Below are positions 1 to 9,428 of a stretch of 64,000 nucleotides of DNA, piece by piece; the first letter of the stretch is position 1; every line of letters begins with the position of its first letter. The stretch lies in NCBI GenBank assembly GCA_031414595.1, contig JANNVX010000109.1:1-64000 (forward strand). The letters run 5' to 3'. The translations under genes and the position numbers were made by a program. Origin of the DNA: Deinococcales bacterium. Its GTDB lineage: Bacteria > Deinococcota > Deinococci > Deinococcales > JAAFIG01. Under the pieces are notes generated by a model, which was not told where the DNA came from, made no database searches, and worked only from the letters and a program-made list of their open reading frames with translations.

Positions 1-205
1 TGCGAATACCCGCTAAGGTCAGAATTTGGTTTAAGATAGTCATGGAAGCCTTTTTGGAGCGTTGGTTTAGACACTCACAGCTTACAGTAGGGCTTCCACT
101 TTTAATTTCTTAAATTTAAAAAACGTTCCAGACTATTGTTACTTAGACCACACTTTAATTCAAGAAAAACCTTTTGCTAACGCCATAGATTTACAAGACC
201 AAGGG

Positions 206-565
206 ATGATTCTTGTCCCCAGTGCGTTTTTAAGTTCAAACGTCATGAGTATGTGTGTCGAACCGTGGCAACCGACGATGATTTATCCAGCAAGAGGCAG
301 CGCCAACCTTTGGAACACACCGCTCGAGCCAAACTTGGCACTCGAAGCGCTTTTGGGAAGTGGTTGTGCTTTAGTTCTCGAGGCTTTGCATGTACCGACT
401 GGAACACTCGAGTTGGCAGGGCGTTTACAGGTTGCGCCAAGCAACATCACACATCACTTAAAACGTCTTGCTCGAGCCGGACTGGTTGAATCGCACCGCC
501 AAGGCAGAATTGTCTACTACAGACACTCGAGCCGAGCCGAGGATATTCTGGCACTTTACCAATGA
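206..565 (+). CDS. ArsR/SmtB-type winged-HTH regulator, C-terminal part (DUF5937-ArsR-like architecture); 5' part possibly frameshifted
   Basis: C-terminal HTH motif ELAGRLQVAPSNITHHLKRLARAGLVESHRQGRIVYY preceded by GMILVPSAF; the frame is open from nt 71 but blocked by stops further upstream. Confidence 0.65.
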   Translation: MILVPSAFLSSNVMSMCVEPWQPTMIYPARGSANLWNTPLEPNLALEALLGSGCALVLEALHVPTGTLELAGRLQVAPSNITHHLKRLARAGLVESHRQGRIVYYRHSSRAEDILALYQ

Positions 566-2059
566 TTAACGCTTAGTCGAGACAGTTAATGCCTTGAGTT
601 TTGCCGCCAATCCGGGGCTTAAAACTTCGCTCGAGTAGCGCCAACCCCAGTTTGTGCCACCCAAGCTACCCGGTAAATTCATGCGTTTTTCGGTGTCTAA
701 CTCGAGTAAATCTTGTAAGGGTGCAAGCGCCATAACTGCCTTGGATTTCCAAGCCGCCCTGATTAAATCCCAAACGATGTCTTTGCCTGTTACGCCCAAG
801 TAGGTTTTGGCTTTACTTTTGACAGTTTCAGGCTCAGATTTCCACCAACCCAAAGTGGTGTCGTTGTCGTGTGTACCCGTGTAGACCACACAATTTTCGC
901 TGTACATATGCGGTAAGAACAGGTCGTTTTGATCGCCATAAAACGCAAATTGCAGAATTTTCATCCCCGGCAAATTAAACCCGTCTCGTAGCGCTTCAAC
1001 CTCTGGAGTAATCACCCCCAAGTCCTCGGCGATAATCGCCAAATCGCCAAATTTAGCACGAACTGCGTTAAATAGTTCTATGCCCGGGGCTTTGACCCAT
1101 TGCCCAGTAATGGCAGTTTCGGCACTGCCCGGAATCTCCCAGTAGGCTTCAAAACCCCTAAAATGATCGACCCGTACAATATCTACGGTCTTAAAGGTTT
1201 CTTCAAAACGCTGTAGCCACCAAGAAAAACCATCTTTTGCCATGACATCAAAGCGGTAATGTGGATTGCCCCAAAGTTGCCCTGTGGCACTAAAATAATC
1301 AGGTGGCACGCCCGCCACCACACTTGGGCTGCCATCTGGCTCGAGCGCAAACAGTCCTTGGTTTGCCCAGACATCCGAAGAGTCATGTGCCACAAAAATT
1401 GGAATATCGCCAACAATCCGAATACCTTTGGCATGAGCCACTTTTTGTACCATTGCCCATTGACTAAAAAACCAGTATTGGGTTAAAGCATATAGTGTGA
1501 TGTCGGCAGCGTACTCGAGACGAGCGGTGTTGAGGGCTTCTTCATCGCGGCGTACCAGTTCGGGTTTCCAAGTGTTCCACGGTTTACCACTGTGGGCATT
1601 TTTACATGCCATAAACAAGGCGTAATCCTCGAGCCAAGAAGCATTGGCGGTGCGCCAATTGGTAAAAGCAGTTCGTTCGGCACTCGAGGCTTTTTCTTGC
1701 CAAGTGCTGGCGGCTTGGCGCAGAATTTGCCATTTCCAAATGTAAATCCAGCCATAATCCACGGTATCTTGCGGAAAGTCTGGCACATTTTGAAGCGCTT
1801 CCAAAGACAAAAATCCGTCAGCCACCAACAATTCTAAATCAATTAACAAGGGATTCCCTGCAAACGCCCCAAAACTCTGGTACGGCGAATCTCCGTAACC
1901 CGTATGACCAAGCGGCAAAACTTGCCAGAGTTTTTGACCCGCAGCCTCGAGCCAATCTAGCCACTCAAAAGCTGATGCCCCAAGCGACCCAATCCCAAAA
2001 CGCCCTGGAAACGAAGAAGGGTGAAGCAGCACCCCAGACGAACGACTAAAAATTGACAT
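566..2059 (-). CDS. malQ: 4-alpha-glucanotransferase (amylomaltase, GH77)
   Basis: RSSGVLLHPSSFPG N-terminus, WQVLPL, RVDHFRGF, IAEDLG, YTGTHDNDT motifs. Confidence 0.97.
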   Translation of the reverse strand: MSIFSRSSGVLLHPSSFPGRFGIGSLGASAFEWLDWLEAAGQKLWQVLPLGHTGYGDSPYQSFGAFAGNPLLIDLELLVADGFLSLEALQNVPDFPQDTVDYGWIYIWKWQILRQAASTWQEKASSAERTAFTNWRTANASWLEDYALFMACKNAHSGKPWNTWKPELVRRDEEALNTARLEYAADITLYALTQYWFFSQWAMVQKVAHAKGIRIVGDIPIFVAHDSSDVWANQGLFALEPDGSPSVVAGVPPDYFSATGQLWGNPHYRFDVMAKDGFSWWLQRFEETFKTVDIVRVDHFRGFEAYWEIPGSAETAITGQWVKAPGIELFNAVRAKFGDLAIIAEDLGVITPEVEALRDGFNLPGMKILQFAFYGDQNDLFLPHMYSENCVVYTGTHDNDTTLGWWKSEPETVKSKAKTYLGVTGKDIVWDLIRAAWKSKAVMALAPLQDLLELDTEKRMNLPGSLGGTNWGWRYSSEVLSPGLAAKLKALTVSTKR

Positions 2060-2062
2060 GGG

Positions 2063-2449
2063 TTAGTCTAACAAACAAACCGCATCAACCTCAATCTCCA
2101 CCAACATTTCGGGGGAAATCAGTCTCGAGACCTCGAGCATCGTCGCGGCTGGCAAAATCGAACCAAACACCTCACCATGCGCTCGCCCAACCGCTTGCCA
2201 ATCTTCGATATTGGTCAAGAACATTCTGGTACGCACCACATCGGCTAAACTTGCGCCGACACCCTCCAGTGCCAAACGCACCGTCTCGAGGGTTTTGGTG
2301 GTCTGAGCATAAGCATCGCCAGAGACCACACCGTTTTTATCGGCAGCCGTACAGCCTGAGACAAAAATTTGATTGCCAACCCGCACCGCCCTCGAGTAGC
2401 CAATTAAAGGTTCCCATTTGCCGCCGCTCGAGAAATTGATTCGTTTCAT
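2063..2449 (-). CDS. RidA/YjgF family protein
   Basis: WEPLIGYSRAVRVG, DVVRTRMF, LVEIEVDA motifs. Confidence 0.92.
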   Translation of the reverse strand: MKRINFSSGGKWEPLIGYSRAVRVGNQIFVSGCTAADKNGVVSGDAYAQTTKTLETVRLALEGVGASLADVVRTRMFLTNIEDWQAVGRAHGEVFGSILPAATMLEVSRLISPEMLVEIEVDAVCLLD

Positions 2450-2530
2450 ACAACCTCCAATATTTTGTGTTCAGAACAAGATATTAAAACATGATCTAAG
2501 TGAATTTGAAGACTCGTGGTAAAATCTGGT

Positions 2531-3025
2531 GTGAAAAAACTTGTCCTTATTCTTGTACTTCTTTATGGATGGACAGCGGCGAATGCTCAAGACATTACCA
2601 TCAACGGAAATTTTGGGATTCGCTTTGACCTCCTAATTCCTGGAATTCATCTTGGAATCGAAGCTGGAATACCAGAATGGCAATTGGGGGTTCGTGGTGC
2701 GATTAACCTCTTAATTATTGTGAATCTTGTCTCTGTAGATGCGTACTTGCGCTACCACTTTGCCGAAAACTGGAGTCTTTACCTCGGTGGTGGAAAGCGC
2801 TGGTATATCAGCCCGATTACATTCCCATCAGACGAGTGGCATGGTTTACTTGGCGTTCAGTATTACACTTTTTTTATTGAAATACAGCCTGGAATCATCC
2901 GTGGTATAACTTGTGGACCAATTGAGCCAGCCGCAGCGCAAAATAAAACACCTGCTTGTGGCTCGAGCAAACCCTATGAAACATTCAGTTTTTTTGCCAC
3001 CCTTGGTTGGAGTTGGCGTTTCTAA
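2531..3025 (+). CDS. Secreted or outer-membrane beta-strand-rich hypothetical protein
   Basis: Signal-peptide-like [19 protein letters not shown] (GTG at 2531 after TAAAAT), alternating beta-strand pattern, C-terminal LGWSWRF. Confidence 0.55.
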   Translation: MKKLVLILVLLYGWTAANAQDITINGNFGIRFDLLIPGIHLGIEAGIPEWQLGVRGAINLLIIVNLVSVDAYLRYHFAENWSLYLGGGKRWYISPITFPSDEWHGLLGVQYYTFFIEIQPGIIRGITCGPIEPAAAQNKTPACGSSKPYETFSFFATLGWSWRF

Positions 3026-3597
3026 CAAATTTCCAAAAAGTTCTTTATCATCGCATGTCCATGCTCGGTCAAAGCACTTTCGGGATGAAACTGCACCCCA
3101 TGAATCGGATATTCCTTGTGCCTCACACCCATAATCGTGCGCCCGTGTGCCTCAATTACCCACGCATTGACTTCTAAGCAATCTGGTAAATCTTCAATCA
3201 CCAAGCTGTGATAGCGGGTTGCGGTAAAATTTGGCTCGAGACCTGCAAAAATACCCGTGCCAGAATGGGCAATACTCGAGGTTTTACCGTGCATTAGGTT
3301 TTTGGCGCGTACCACTTTTGCACCAAATGCTTGTCCGATGCTTTGATGACCAAGGCAGACACCAAGGATTGGGATACTCGAACCGTAATACTCGATAACG
3401 GGTACAGACAAGCCAGCCTCGAGGGGGGTGCAGGGACCCGGTGAGATAAGAATGCCGTCTGGGGCAAGAATCGCCACGTCGTCGCGGCTGAATTGGTCGT
3501 TGCGCCAAACGATGGGTTCAGCGCCCAATTCGCCGAGGTACTGGACGAGGTTGTAGGTGAATGAATCGTAGTTGTCTATCACAAGTATTTTTTTCAT
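3022..3597 (-). CDS. trpG: Anthranilate synthase component II (glutamine amidotransferase)
   Basis: [36 protein letters not shown]; start set at MKKILV (3597). Confidence 0.95.
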   Translation of the reverse strand: MKKILVIDNYDSFTYNLVQYLGELGAEPIVWRNDQFSRDDVAILAPDGILISPGPCTPLEAGLSVPVIEYYGSSIPILGVCLGHQSIGQAFGAKVVRAKNLMHGKTSSIAHSGTGIFAGLEPNFTATRYHSLVIEDLPDCLEVNAWVIEAHGRTIMGVRHKEYPIHGVQFHPESALTEHGHAMIKNFLEIC

Positions 3598-3941
3598 AAT
3601 CTCTCCAATTCCTGATTCAAGAGCAACCAATGTATTGTCCCACAGTGAGGGCATGAGCCGACAAGAATCCAATTTTGATAATCTATACTGGTAATAAATG
3701 TCTTCTCGAGAACTGCATAATTGCGTCCCGATTGTATTTCCATACTAAATTTACTGGCTTCTATTTCTCTTTTTCGAGCATTCTCGGTACAGGTTAAACA
3801 AGGTGTATACCAAGCATTTGCTGGGATTTCTAAATGTTCAATCGTTCCATGAAAATACAAAGAATTATTGGGATAACCTCGGTCAGGTCGGTATACATGG
3901 TTTAGGGAAACTTCTCGCCAGTGACTTGGTGGAAACATCAA
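3594..3941 (-). CDS. Hypothetical protein with two CxxC pairs (possible Zn-binding)
   Basis: 115-aa ORF with CLTC and CPHC; its stop overlaps the trpG start and its start overlaps the upstream stop. Confidence 0.5.
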   Translation of the reverse strand: MMFPPSHWREVSLNHVYRPDRGYPNNSLYFHGTIEHLEIPANAWYTPCLTCTENARKREIEASKFSMEIQSGRNYAVLEKTFITSIDYQNWILVGSCPHCGTIHWLLLNQELERL

Positions 3942-4189
3942 GTCACCTCCAAGTAATCAAGTTTCATGGCGCGTTTCACTCGTAATAAAGTTTCTCGAGC
4001 CACCGCTAAAACACTGCGGCGTACCAAATCGGGCTGATGAAAATGATCGGTTAGAGCTTGCACATCGGCAATCATCAAAAAAATATCGAAATCAGATTGC
4101 AACTGTGCAGTCTGCTCGAGCATCCCAAAAAAATGCCCAAGATGCAACGCACCCGTCGGACGGATACCCGTTAAAATACGTGGTTTCAT
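3938..4189 (-). pseudogene. trpS: Truncated tryptophanyl-tRNA synthetase (N-terminal ~83 aa only)
   Basis: ILTGIRPTGALHLGH (HIGH motif) and IADVQALTDH; ends before the KMSKS region and anticodon-binding domain. Confidence 0.8.
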
Positions 4190-4791
4190 AAATTCCCTCG
4201 AGCCTCGAGCCAACGACGTGGATTCTCGAGAATATATTTTTTGGTCTTCTCAAAATGAACTTCATCTCGAATAATTGAATCGTGAAAACTACTTTCCCAC
4301 AAACGTTTCTCGAACGATTCCCAACCTGAATCACGCACCCCGCGAATATACAAATTGGTGGTTAAACTCTTAAACCTTTGCATAACCTCAGACAACGATA
4401 AAACATCCACATCCGTAGGGACAGACCCCTGTGTCTGTCCTGACTCGCCAATGGCTAAATTGCCAATGCTATTTGCCTGTGCAGGGAGGACACGGGGGTC
4501 CTCCCCTACGGGTTTTTGGTGGGGTTCGATGATAATGATGCCGTGGATATGGTCTGGCATGATGATAAATGTGTCAATTTGAATTCTTGGATAGAATTGC
4601 GGGATTTCATTCCAAGTTTTAAGAATCATTTGTCCAGCCTCATTTAATTGCATTCCGTCTCGAGTGACTGTGCCGAACCAATTGGTATCCCTTATTTGGC
4701 TGCATATTGTCACAAAATAAGCTCCTGCACTCGAGTAATCATAATTCTCGAGTCGAATGCTTTTACGATTATTTTTGAAACGTATGTTCAT
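4186..4791 (-). mobile_element. REP-associated tyrosine transposase (RAYT, IS200/Y1 HUH family)
   Basis: RKSIRLENYDYSSAGAYFVTIC, IMPDHIHGII (HUH), LWESSFHDSIIRDE, YILENP. Confidence 0.9.
4415..4509. repeat. Inverted pair of GTAG-type REP hairpins (REPIN-like) inside the RAYT coding sequence
   Basis: gtagggacagacccctgtgtctgtcct at 4415-4441 and, on the opposite strand, gtaggggaggacccccgtgtcctccct at 4509-4483. Confidence 0.85.
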
Positions 4792-4845
4792 AAATAAAAT
4801 GGGTGATTTCCTGAATTAAATAGGTAATTTTTTCTTTGCAATGAG

Positions 4846-5097
4846 TCATTTAATTGTGTAATTTGGTGTTATTTCTTGGTACTTCACTTGCTCATTTAAT
4901 ACCCAAACCTCATCATATAAACCCCGTAATAAAGTTAAATCAATAACGCTTGATGTGGTTTTAAGTTTATTTGTTATGGCTTTTATACGCGCTATCCTTG
5001 AACGAAATTCTCTTTTGGTCGGATGCTGACTTGGTAATATAACTATTGTACTGTGTATTTGTCGGCATAAGTCTTCCACAAGGCTAAAAATTTTCAC
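4846..5097 (-). CDS. AT-rich hypothetical protein
   Basis: 83-aa ORF whose GTG start overlaps the trpE stop; no recognised motif. Confidence 0.4.
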   Translation of the reverse strand: MKIFSLVEDLCRQIHSTIVILPSQHPTKREFRSRIARIKAITNKLKTTSSVIDLTLLRGLYDEVWVLNEQVKYQEITPNYTIK

Positions 5098-6548
5098 AAC
5101 CCCGCTTCCGCCAATTCCACAGCCCGCCGCAAGGCTCGAGCCTTGGAAATACTTTCTTCATATTCAAAAGTCGGACTCGAGTCTGCCACCACCCCACCCG
5201 CCGCTTGAATATGAATTTTGCCGTCCTTAACCAGCGCTGTGCGAAGCGTCAACGCCATATTCATGCTGCCATCAAAGGCGATATACCCAAATGCCCCGCC
5301 GTACCATCCGCGTCGTGTGTTCTCGAGTTCTTCAATAATTTCCATACTGCGAATTTTCGGTGCGCCCGTCACCGTTCCCATTGGAAGCGTGGTGGCAAGT
5401 GCATCTAAGGGTGTTTTACCCTCCGCCAGTTCGCCGCGCACATCCGAAACAAGGTGCATCACATGGCTGTAGCGCTCGATAAACATCAGGTCGTGAATCC
5501 GAACTGTGCCGTATTTGGCAATCCGTCCGATGTCGTTACGCCCTAAATCCACCAACATAATGTGTTCAGCGCGTTCTTTAGGGTCGTTTTTCAGTTCATG
5601 CTCGAGACGCAAATCTTCTTCGGGTGTGTTGCCGCGCTTGCGTGTCCCAGCGATTGGGCGGGTAATTACGGTTGTCCCATCGGATTTGCACAAACTTTCT
5701 GGGCTGGCTGCCACAAAGGTGCAATTGCCAAACTCGAGGTAGCCCATGTGCGGACTTGGGTTGACATTGCGTAGTGCGCGGTACACGGCAAATGGGTGGG
5801 TATGAAGCTCGGCACTAAAACGCTGCGAAATCTGCACTTGAAAAATATCGCCAGCGCGGATGTAGTCGAGTGCTTTTTCAACTGCTGCTTCATAATTTTC
5901 TTGAGTCCAGTTGCTACTAAATTCGCTTTTGCGGCTGGGTCGGTCTCCGGGGACTCCGGGTAACGCACCGCGTAATTTGCGTTCCAAATCGGTGACGGTC
6001 TCTAAAGCGGTGGTGTAACTGCTTAAATCCCCGCCTGTGGCAACGCCAACCATAAAAATGCGGTGCTTAAGATGGTCAAAAATCACCATGCCTTCAGGGG
6101 CAATAAAATGCAAATCTGGTATGCCAAGCTCGTCTGGGTTACTCGAGGGTAGTTTCTCATAAACCCGCACAAGGTCGTAACTCGAGTAGCCAACTGCCCC
6201 ACCAAAAAAATCTGGGAGGTTTGGGTCGTGCGTAGCAGTCGCAATGGTTTTTTCGTACAGCACCCGAAGCGGATCATCAGTCTCGAGCGTGGTATTACCA
6301 AAACTCCCCGTTAAAGTTACGCTGCGTCCAAAGCCTTTAATGCTCCCCTGAACCCCCACACCAATAAAACTGTACCGCGCCCAACGCTCACCGCCCTCAA
6401 CACTCTCGAGCAGAAAACTAATCTGCTGACCAGCCGCGACTTTTAGGTACGCCGAAACGGGTGTCTCGAGGTCTGCCAGTACCTCACGGTAAACGGGTAC
6501 TCGAGTGCCATTTGCAATCTTTTGAAAATCTGCCATATTGATATTCAT
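5094..6548 (-). CDS. trpE: Anthranilate synthase component I
   Basis: DLETPVSAYLK, FLLESVEGGERWARYSF, GDIFQVQISQRF, RPIAGTRKRG, EHIMLVDLGRND, GAPKIRSM; start set at MNINMAD with AGGGG RBS. Confidence 0.96.
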   Translation of the reverse strand: MNINMADFQKIANGTRVPVYREVLADLETPVSAYLKVAAGQQISFLLESVEGGERWARYSFIGVGVQGSIKGFGRSVTLTGSFGNTTLETDDPLRVLYEKTIATATHDPNLPDFFGGAVGYSSYDLVRVYEKLPSSNPDELGIPDLHFIAPEGMVIFDHLKHRIFMVGVATGGDLSSYTTALETVTDLERKLRGALPGVPGDRPSRKSEFSSNWTQENYEAAVEKALDYIRAGDIFQVQISQRFSAELHTHPFAVYRALRNVNPSPHMGYLEFGNCTFVAASPESLCKSDGTTVITRPIAGTRKRGNTPEEDLRLEHELKNDPKERAEHIMLVDLGRNDIGRIAKYGTVRIHDLMFIERYSHVMHLVSDVRGELAEGKTPLDALATTLPMGTVTGAPKIRSMEIIEELENTRRGWYGGAFGYIAFDGSMNMALTLRTALVKDGKIHIQAAGGVVADSSPTFEYEESISKARALRRAVELAEAGL

Positions 6549-6572
6549 AATGCCCCTTGTTTGCTTTTGCGT

Positions 6573-6601
6573 GTTGGGCAAGGCATGCCTTGCCCAACTA
6601 C
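6573..6601 (-). repeat. GTAG-type REP palindrome in the trp leader
   Basis: Perfect palindrome gttgggcaaggcatgccttgcccaac (6573-6598) that reads gtagttgggcaaggc... on the minus strand. Confidence 0.7.
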
Positions 6602-6603
6602 GG

Positions 6604-6655
6604 TTTTCCCTTTTCCCTTTTCCCTTTGCCTTTTGCCCTTCGCCTTTTGCCTTCT
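6604..6655. repeat. Degenerate short tandem (about 7-mer) pyrimidine repeat
   Basis: ttttcccttttccctttccctttgccttttgcccttcgccttttgccttc. Confidence 0.7.
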
Positions 6656-6660
6656 TCTCC

Positions 6661-6695
6661 AAAAACAAAAACACCCGAAAAATCTTCTCGGGTGC
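6661..6695 (-). terminator. trp attenuator terminator hairpin
   Basis: Minus strand: cacccga-gaagatttt-tcgggtg followed by tttttgttttt, between trpL and trpE. Confidence 0.85.
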
Positions 6696-6722
6696 GTGTC
6701 TATGACAAAAAATAGCAGCCCG

Positions 6723-6764
6723 TTATCCGAGTTGCCACCACCAGTTTGTGCGGGTTTGCTTCAT
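6723..6764 (-). CDS. trpL: trp operon leader peptide MKQTRTNWWWQLG
   Basis: atg aag caa acc cgc aca aac tgg tgg tgg caa ctc gga taa; three tandem Trp codons upstream of a terminator and trpE. Confidence 0.92.
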   Translation of the reverse strand: MKQTRTNWWWQLG

Positions 6765-6914
6765 CGCTAAGAACCGTATCATTTCAGGCTGTGTTTTGTC
6801 TAGTTTGGGTTAGAATGTTCTTGAAGTTGTCTTAAGGTTGCGTTAAGTCATTTCAATTACATTGATATGATGGCACTCAGGTTTTATAATGCGTTATTCT
6901 TGGAGGAGATATTT

Positions 6915-9389
6915 ATGCCGCGACCTAAAAAAGTGAAAATTGAGGCAGTTACCAGTTCTAAAACCATTCGTGTTCCAGTCTGCCCCGTGCGTGGCAGTGT
7001 GATTTACCCAAGCATCGTTCAGAGCGTGGATGCTGGTCGTTCGATTTCTGTGGCAGCGATTCAGGCAGCAGCCGACGGCGATAAGAACATGTTTATTGTC
7101 TCGCAGCGAAGTAAGGATGTGGATGAACCAAAAAAAGATGACTTGTACGATGTTGGTACGCTAACCACAATTTTGCGGATGCGTCGCAACCCAGATGGCA
7201 CGGTTGGCACAATGATTCAGGCTTCGGCTCGAGCCAAAGTTCACGCCTATTATTTTGGCGACTCGTACATCGAAGCCGATGTTGAAATTTTAGAAGACAT
7301 CGAAGGGGATGCTGCCCAAACCATTGCTATGAAACGCGAGTTGGAGACCCGTTTTTCGGAAGTGGCTCGAGGTAAGAACTTACAGCAAGACACCTTGCAA
7401 CTGATTCAGACGCTCGAGAACCCCGGGCAACTCGCCGATCAAATTGCCTTTAACTTAGATTTTAAGCTCGAGGATCGCCAAGCACTGCTCGAGGAACTCA
7501 GTGTCCTTGACCGAATGAAACGAGTCTTGGTGTTGCTGGTTTCTGAACTCGAGTTAAGCCAAGCCCAACACCGCATTCAAGTCCAAGTCAAAGAAGAAAT
7601 AGACCGCAATCAACGCGAGTATTTTTTGCGTGAGCAGATGAAAGCAATTCAAAAAGAACTGCGTGGCGAAGAAGAGGGCGATGATGAAGTTGAAGCCTTC
7701 CGTGCCAAAATCGAAAAACTTGGGTTACACGAAGACACCAAAAAAGAAATTGATCGTGAACTCAACCGCTTAGCACGAATGCACCCCGACAGCGCCGAAG
7801 CCTCTGTGACCCGCACCTACCTGACTTGGATTACCGAGTTGCCGTGGAATACCCGCTCCGAGGACATGCTCGACTTAAAACAAGCCGAGAAAATTTTAGA
7901 AGAAGACCATTACGGCTTAGAAAAAGTCAAAGACAGGGTTCTCGAGTTTTTAGCGGTCAGGTCTTTGCGTAAATCCCGTGCCGAAAAAGGCGAGATGACG
8001 GTGGCGGATGTCAATAAAGGACCGATTCTGGTCTTTGTTGGACCTCCGGGGGTCGGTAAAACCAGTATTGCCAAGAGTATTGCTAAAGCCCTTGGGCGTA
8101 AGTATGTGCGGATTGCGCTGGGTGGCGCTCGGGACGAAGCCGATATTCGTGGGCATCGGCGTACCTACATTGGTTCGTTACCCGGGCGGATTATTCAGGG
8201 CTTAAAGACGGCTGGAACAAAGAATCCAGTCTTTTTGCTGGACGAAATTGATAAGCAAGGCTCGAGTTACCAAGGCGACCCAAGTTCGGCGCTGCTCGAG
8301 GTGCTTGACCCCTCGCAAAACGAATTTTTTACCGACCATTACTTAGGTGTGCCGTTTGACCTGTCCGAAGTGATGTTTATTGCCACGGCGAATTTCCCTG
8401 AGCAAATCCCCGCGCCGCTCCTTGACCGTATGGAATTTATTGATTTTAACAGTTATATCGAACAAGAAAAACTCGAGATTGCCAAGCGCTATATTTTGCC
8501 ACGTCAGACGCTCGAGAACGGCTTAAAGGACAATCAAGTTTTGGTCACAGATGCGGCACTGCTGCGTTTAATTCAGCATTACACCCGCGAAGCCGGAGTG
8601 CGTACCTTAGAGCGCGAAGTTGGGTCTTTGTTGCGAAAAGCCGCCCGTAAACTGGCGAACGGCGACCTTAAACGGGTGCGAATTGGCGATACTGACCTCG
8701 AAAAATACTTAGGTGGACAAAAGCACCAAGTCGAGCGCGAAAATCTCGAGAATCTGGTCGGTGTGGCAACAGGGATGTTTTATACGCCAGTCGGTGGCGA
8801 TATTCTCTTTATCGAAACCAATGTTATGCCCGGCAAAGGTTTAATTTTGACTGGGCAATTGGGTGATGTGATGAAAGAATCGGCTCGAGCCGCCCTGAGT
8901 TACGCCAAGAAAAATGCAGCCCGTTTTCACATTCCTTTAGAGCGAATAGATGAACGCGAGATTCACATCCATGTTCCAGCCGGCGGAATCCCCAAAGAAG
9001 GACCCAGCGCTGGTGTGACCATGACCACCAGTTTAATCAGTGCTTTAACCGGTGTTCCAGCCCGCCATGATGTTTCGATGACTGGTGAAATTACCCTGAC
9101 TGGGCGGGTGCTGCCTATAGGTGGACTTAAAGAAAAAGTGCTTGGAGCGCGTCGGGCGGGGATTAAACACATTATTATGCCCAAAGCCAACACTGCCGAC
9201 TTAGACGATATTCCAACCCACTTACGGCGCAGCATGACTTTTCATCCCTGCGAGAACCTAGACCAAGTTCTCGAGGTGGCGCTAGAAGGTGGCTTAGCGG
9301 CGCTCGAGCAACAAGCCATTGCCAACAATCTGCCCAAGAAATTGGTGCGAAAAACCCGAGCCAAGTTGCAAATCAGCGCCACAGCTTAA
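6915..9389 (+). CDS. lon: ATP-dependent Lon protease
   Basis: Walker [25 protein letters not shown], catalytic [25 protein letters not shown] before ATG 6915. Confidence 0.98.
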   Translation: MPRPKKVKIEAVTSSKTIRVPVCPVRGSVIYPSIVQSVDAGRSISVAAIQAAADGDKNMFIVSQRSKDVDEPKKDDLYDVGTLTTILRMRRNPDGTVGTMIQASARAKVHAYYFGDSYIEADVEILEDIEGDAAQTIAMKRELETRFSEVARGKNLQQDTLQLIQTLENPGQLADQIAFNLDFKLEDRQALLEELSVLDRMKRVLVLLVSELELSQAQHRIQVQVKEEIDRNQREYFLREQMKAIQKELRGEEEGDDEVEAFRAKIEKLGLHEDTKKEIDRELNRLARMHPDSAEASVTRTYLTWITELPWNTRSEDMLDLKQAEKILEEDHYGLEKVKDRVLEFLAVRSLRKSRAEKGEMTVADVNKGPILVFVGPPGVGKTSIAKSIAKALGRKYVRIALGGARDEADIRGHRRTYIGSLPGRIIQGLKTAGTKNPVFLLDEIDKQGSSYQGDPSSALLEVLDPSQNEFFTDHYLGVPFDLSEVMFIATANFPEQIPAPLLDRMEFIDFNSYIEQEKLEIAKRYILPRQTLENGLKDNQVLVTDAALLRLIQHYTREAGVRTLEREVGSLLRKAARKLANGDLKRVRIGDTDLEKYLGGQKHQVERENLENLVGVATGMFYTPVGGDILFIETNVMPGKGLILTGQLGDVMKESARAALSYAKKNAARFHIPLERIDEREIHIHVPAGGIPKEGPSAGVTMTTSLISALTGVPARHDVSMTGEITLTGRVLPIGGLKEKVLGARRAGIKHIIMPKANTADLDDIPTHLRRSMTFHPCENLDQVLEVALEGGLAALEQQAIANNLPKKLVRKTRAKLQISATA

Positions 9390-9400
9390 CCTTTTAACCA

Positions 9401-9428
9401 TCACCTCGAGACGTTTGTCTCGAGGTGA
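9401..9428. terminator. Hairpin between convergent lon and lptD-like genes (probable bidirectional terminator)
   Basis: tcacctcgagac-gttt-gtctcgaggtga, perfect 12-bp stem. Confidence 0.7.

Noticed and set aside
6549-6674. Long K/G-rich N-terminal extension of TrpE in the ORF track
   Set aside because: It is translation through the terminator, microsatellite and REP; an RBS supports the start at 6548
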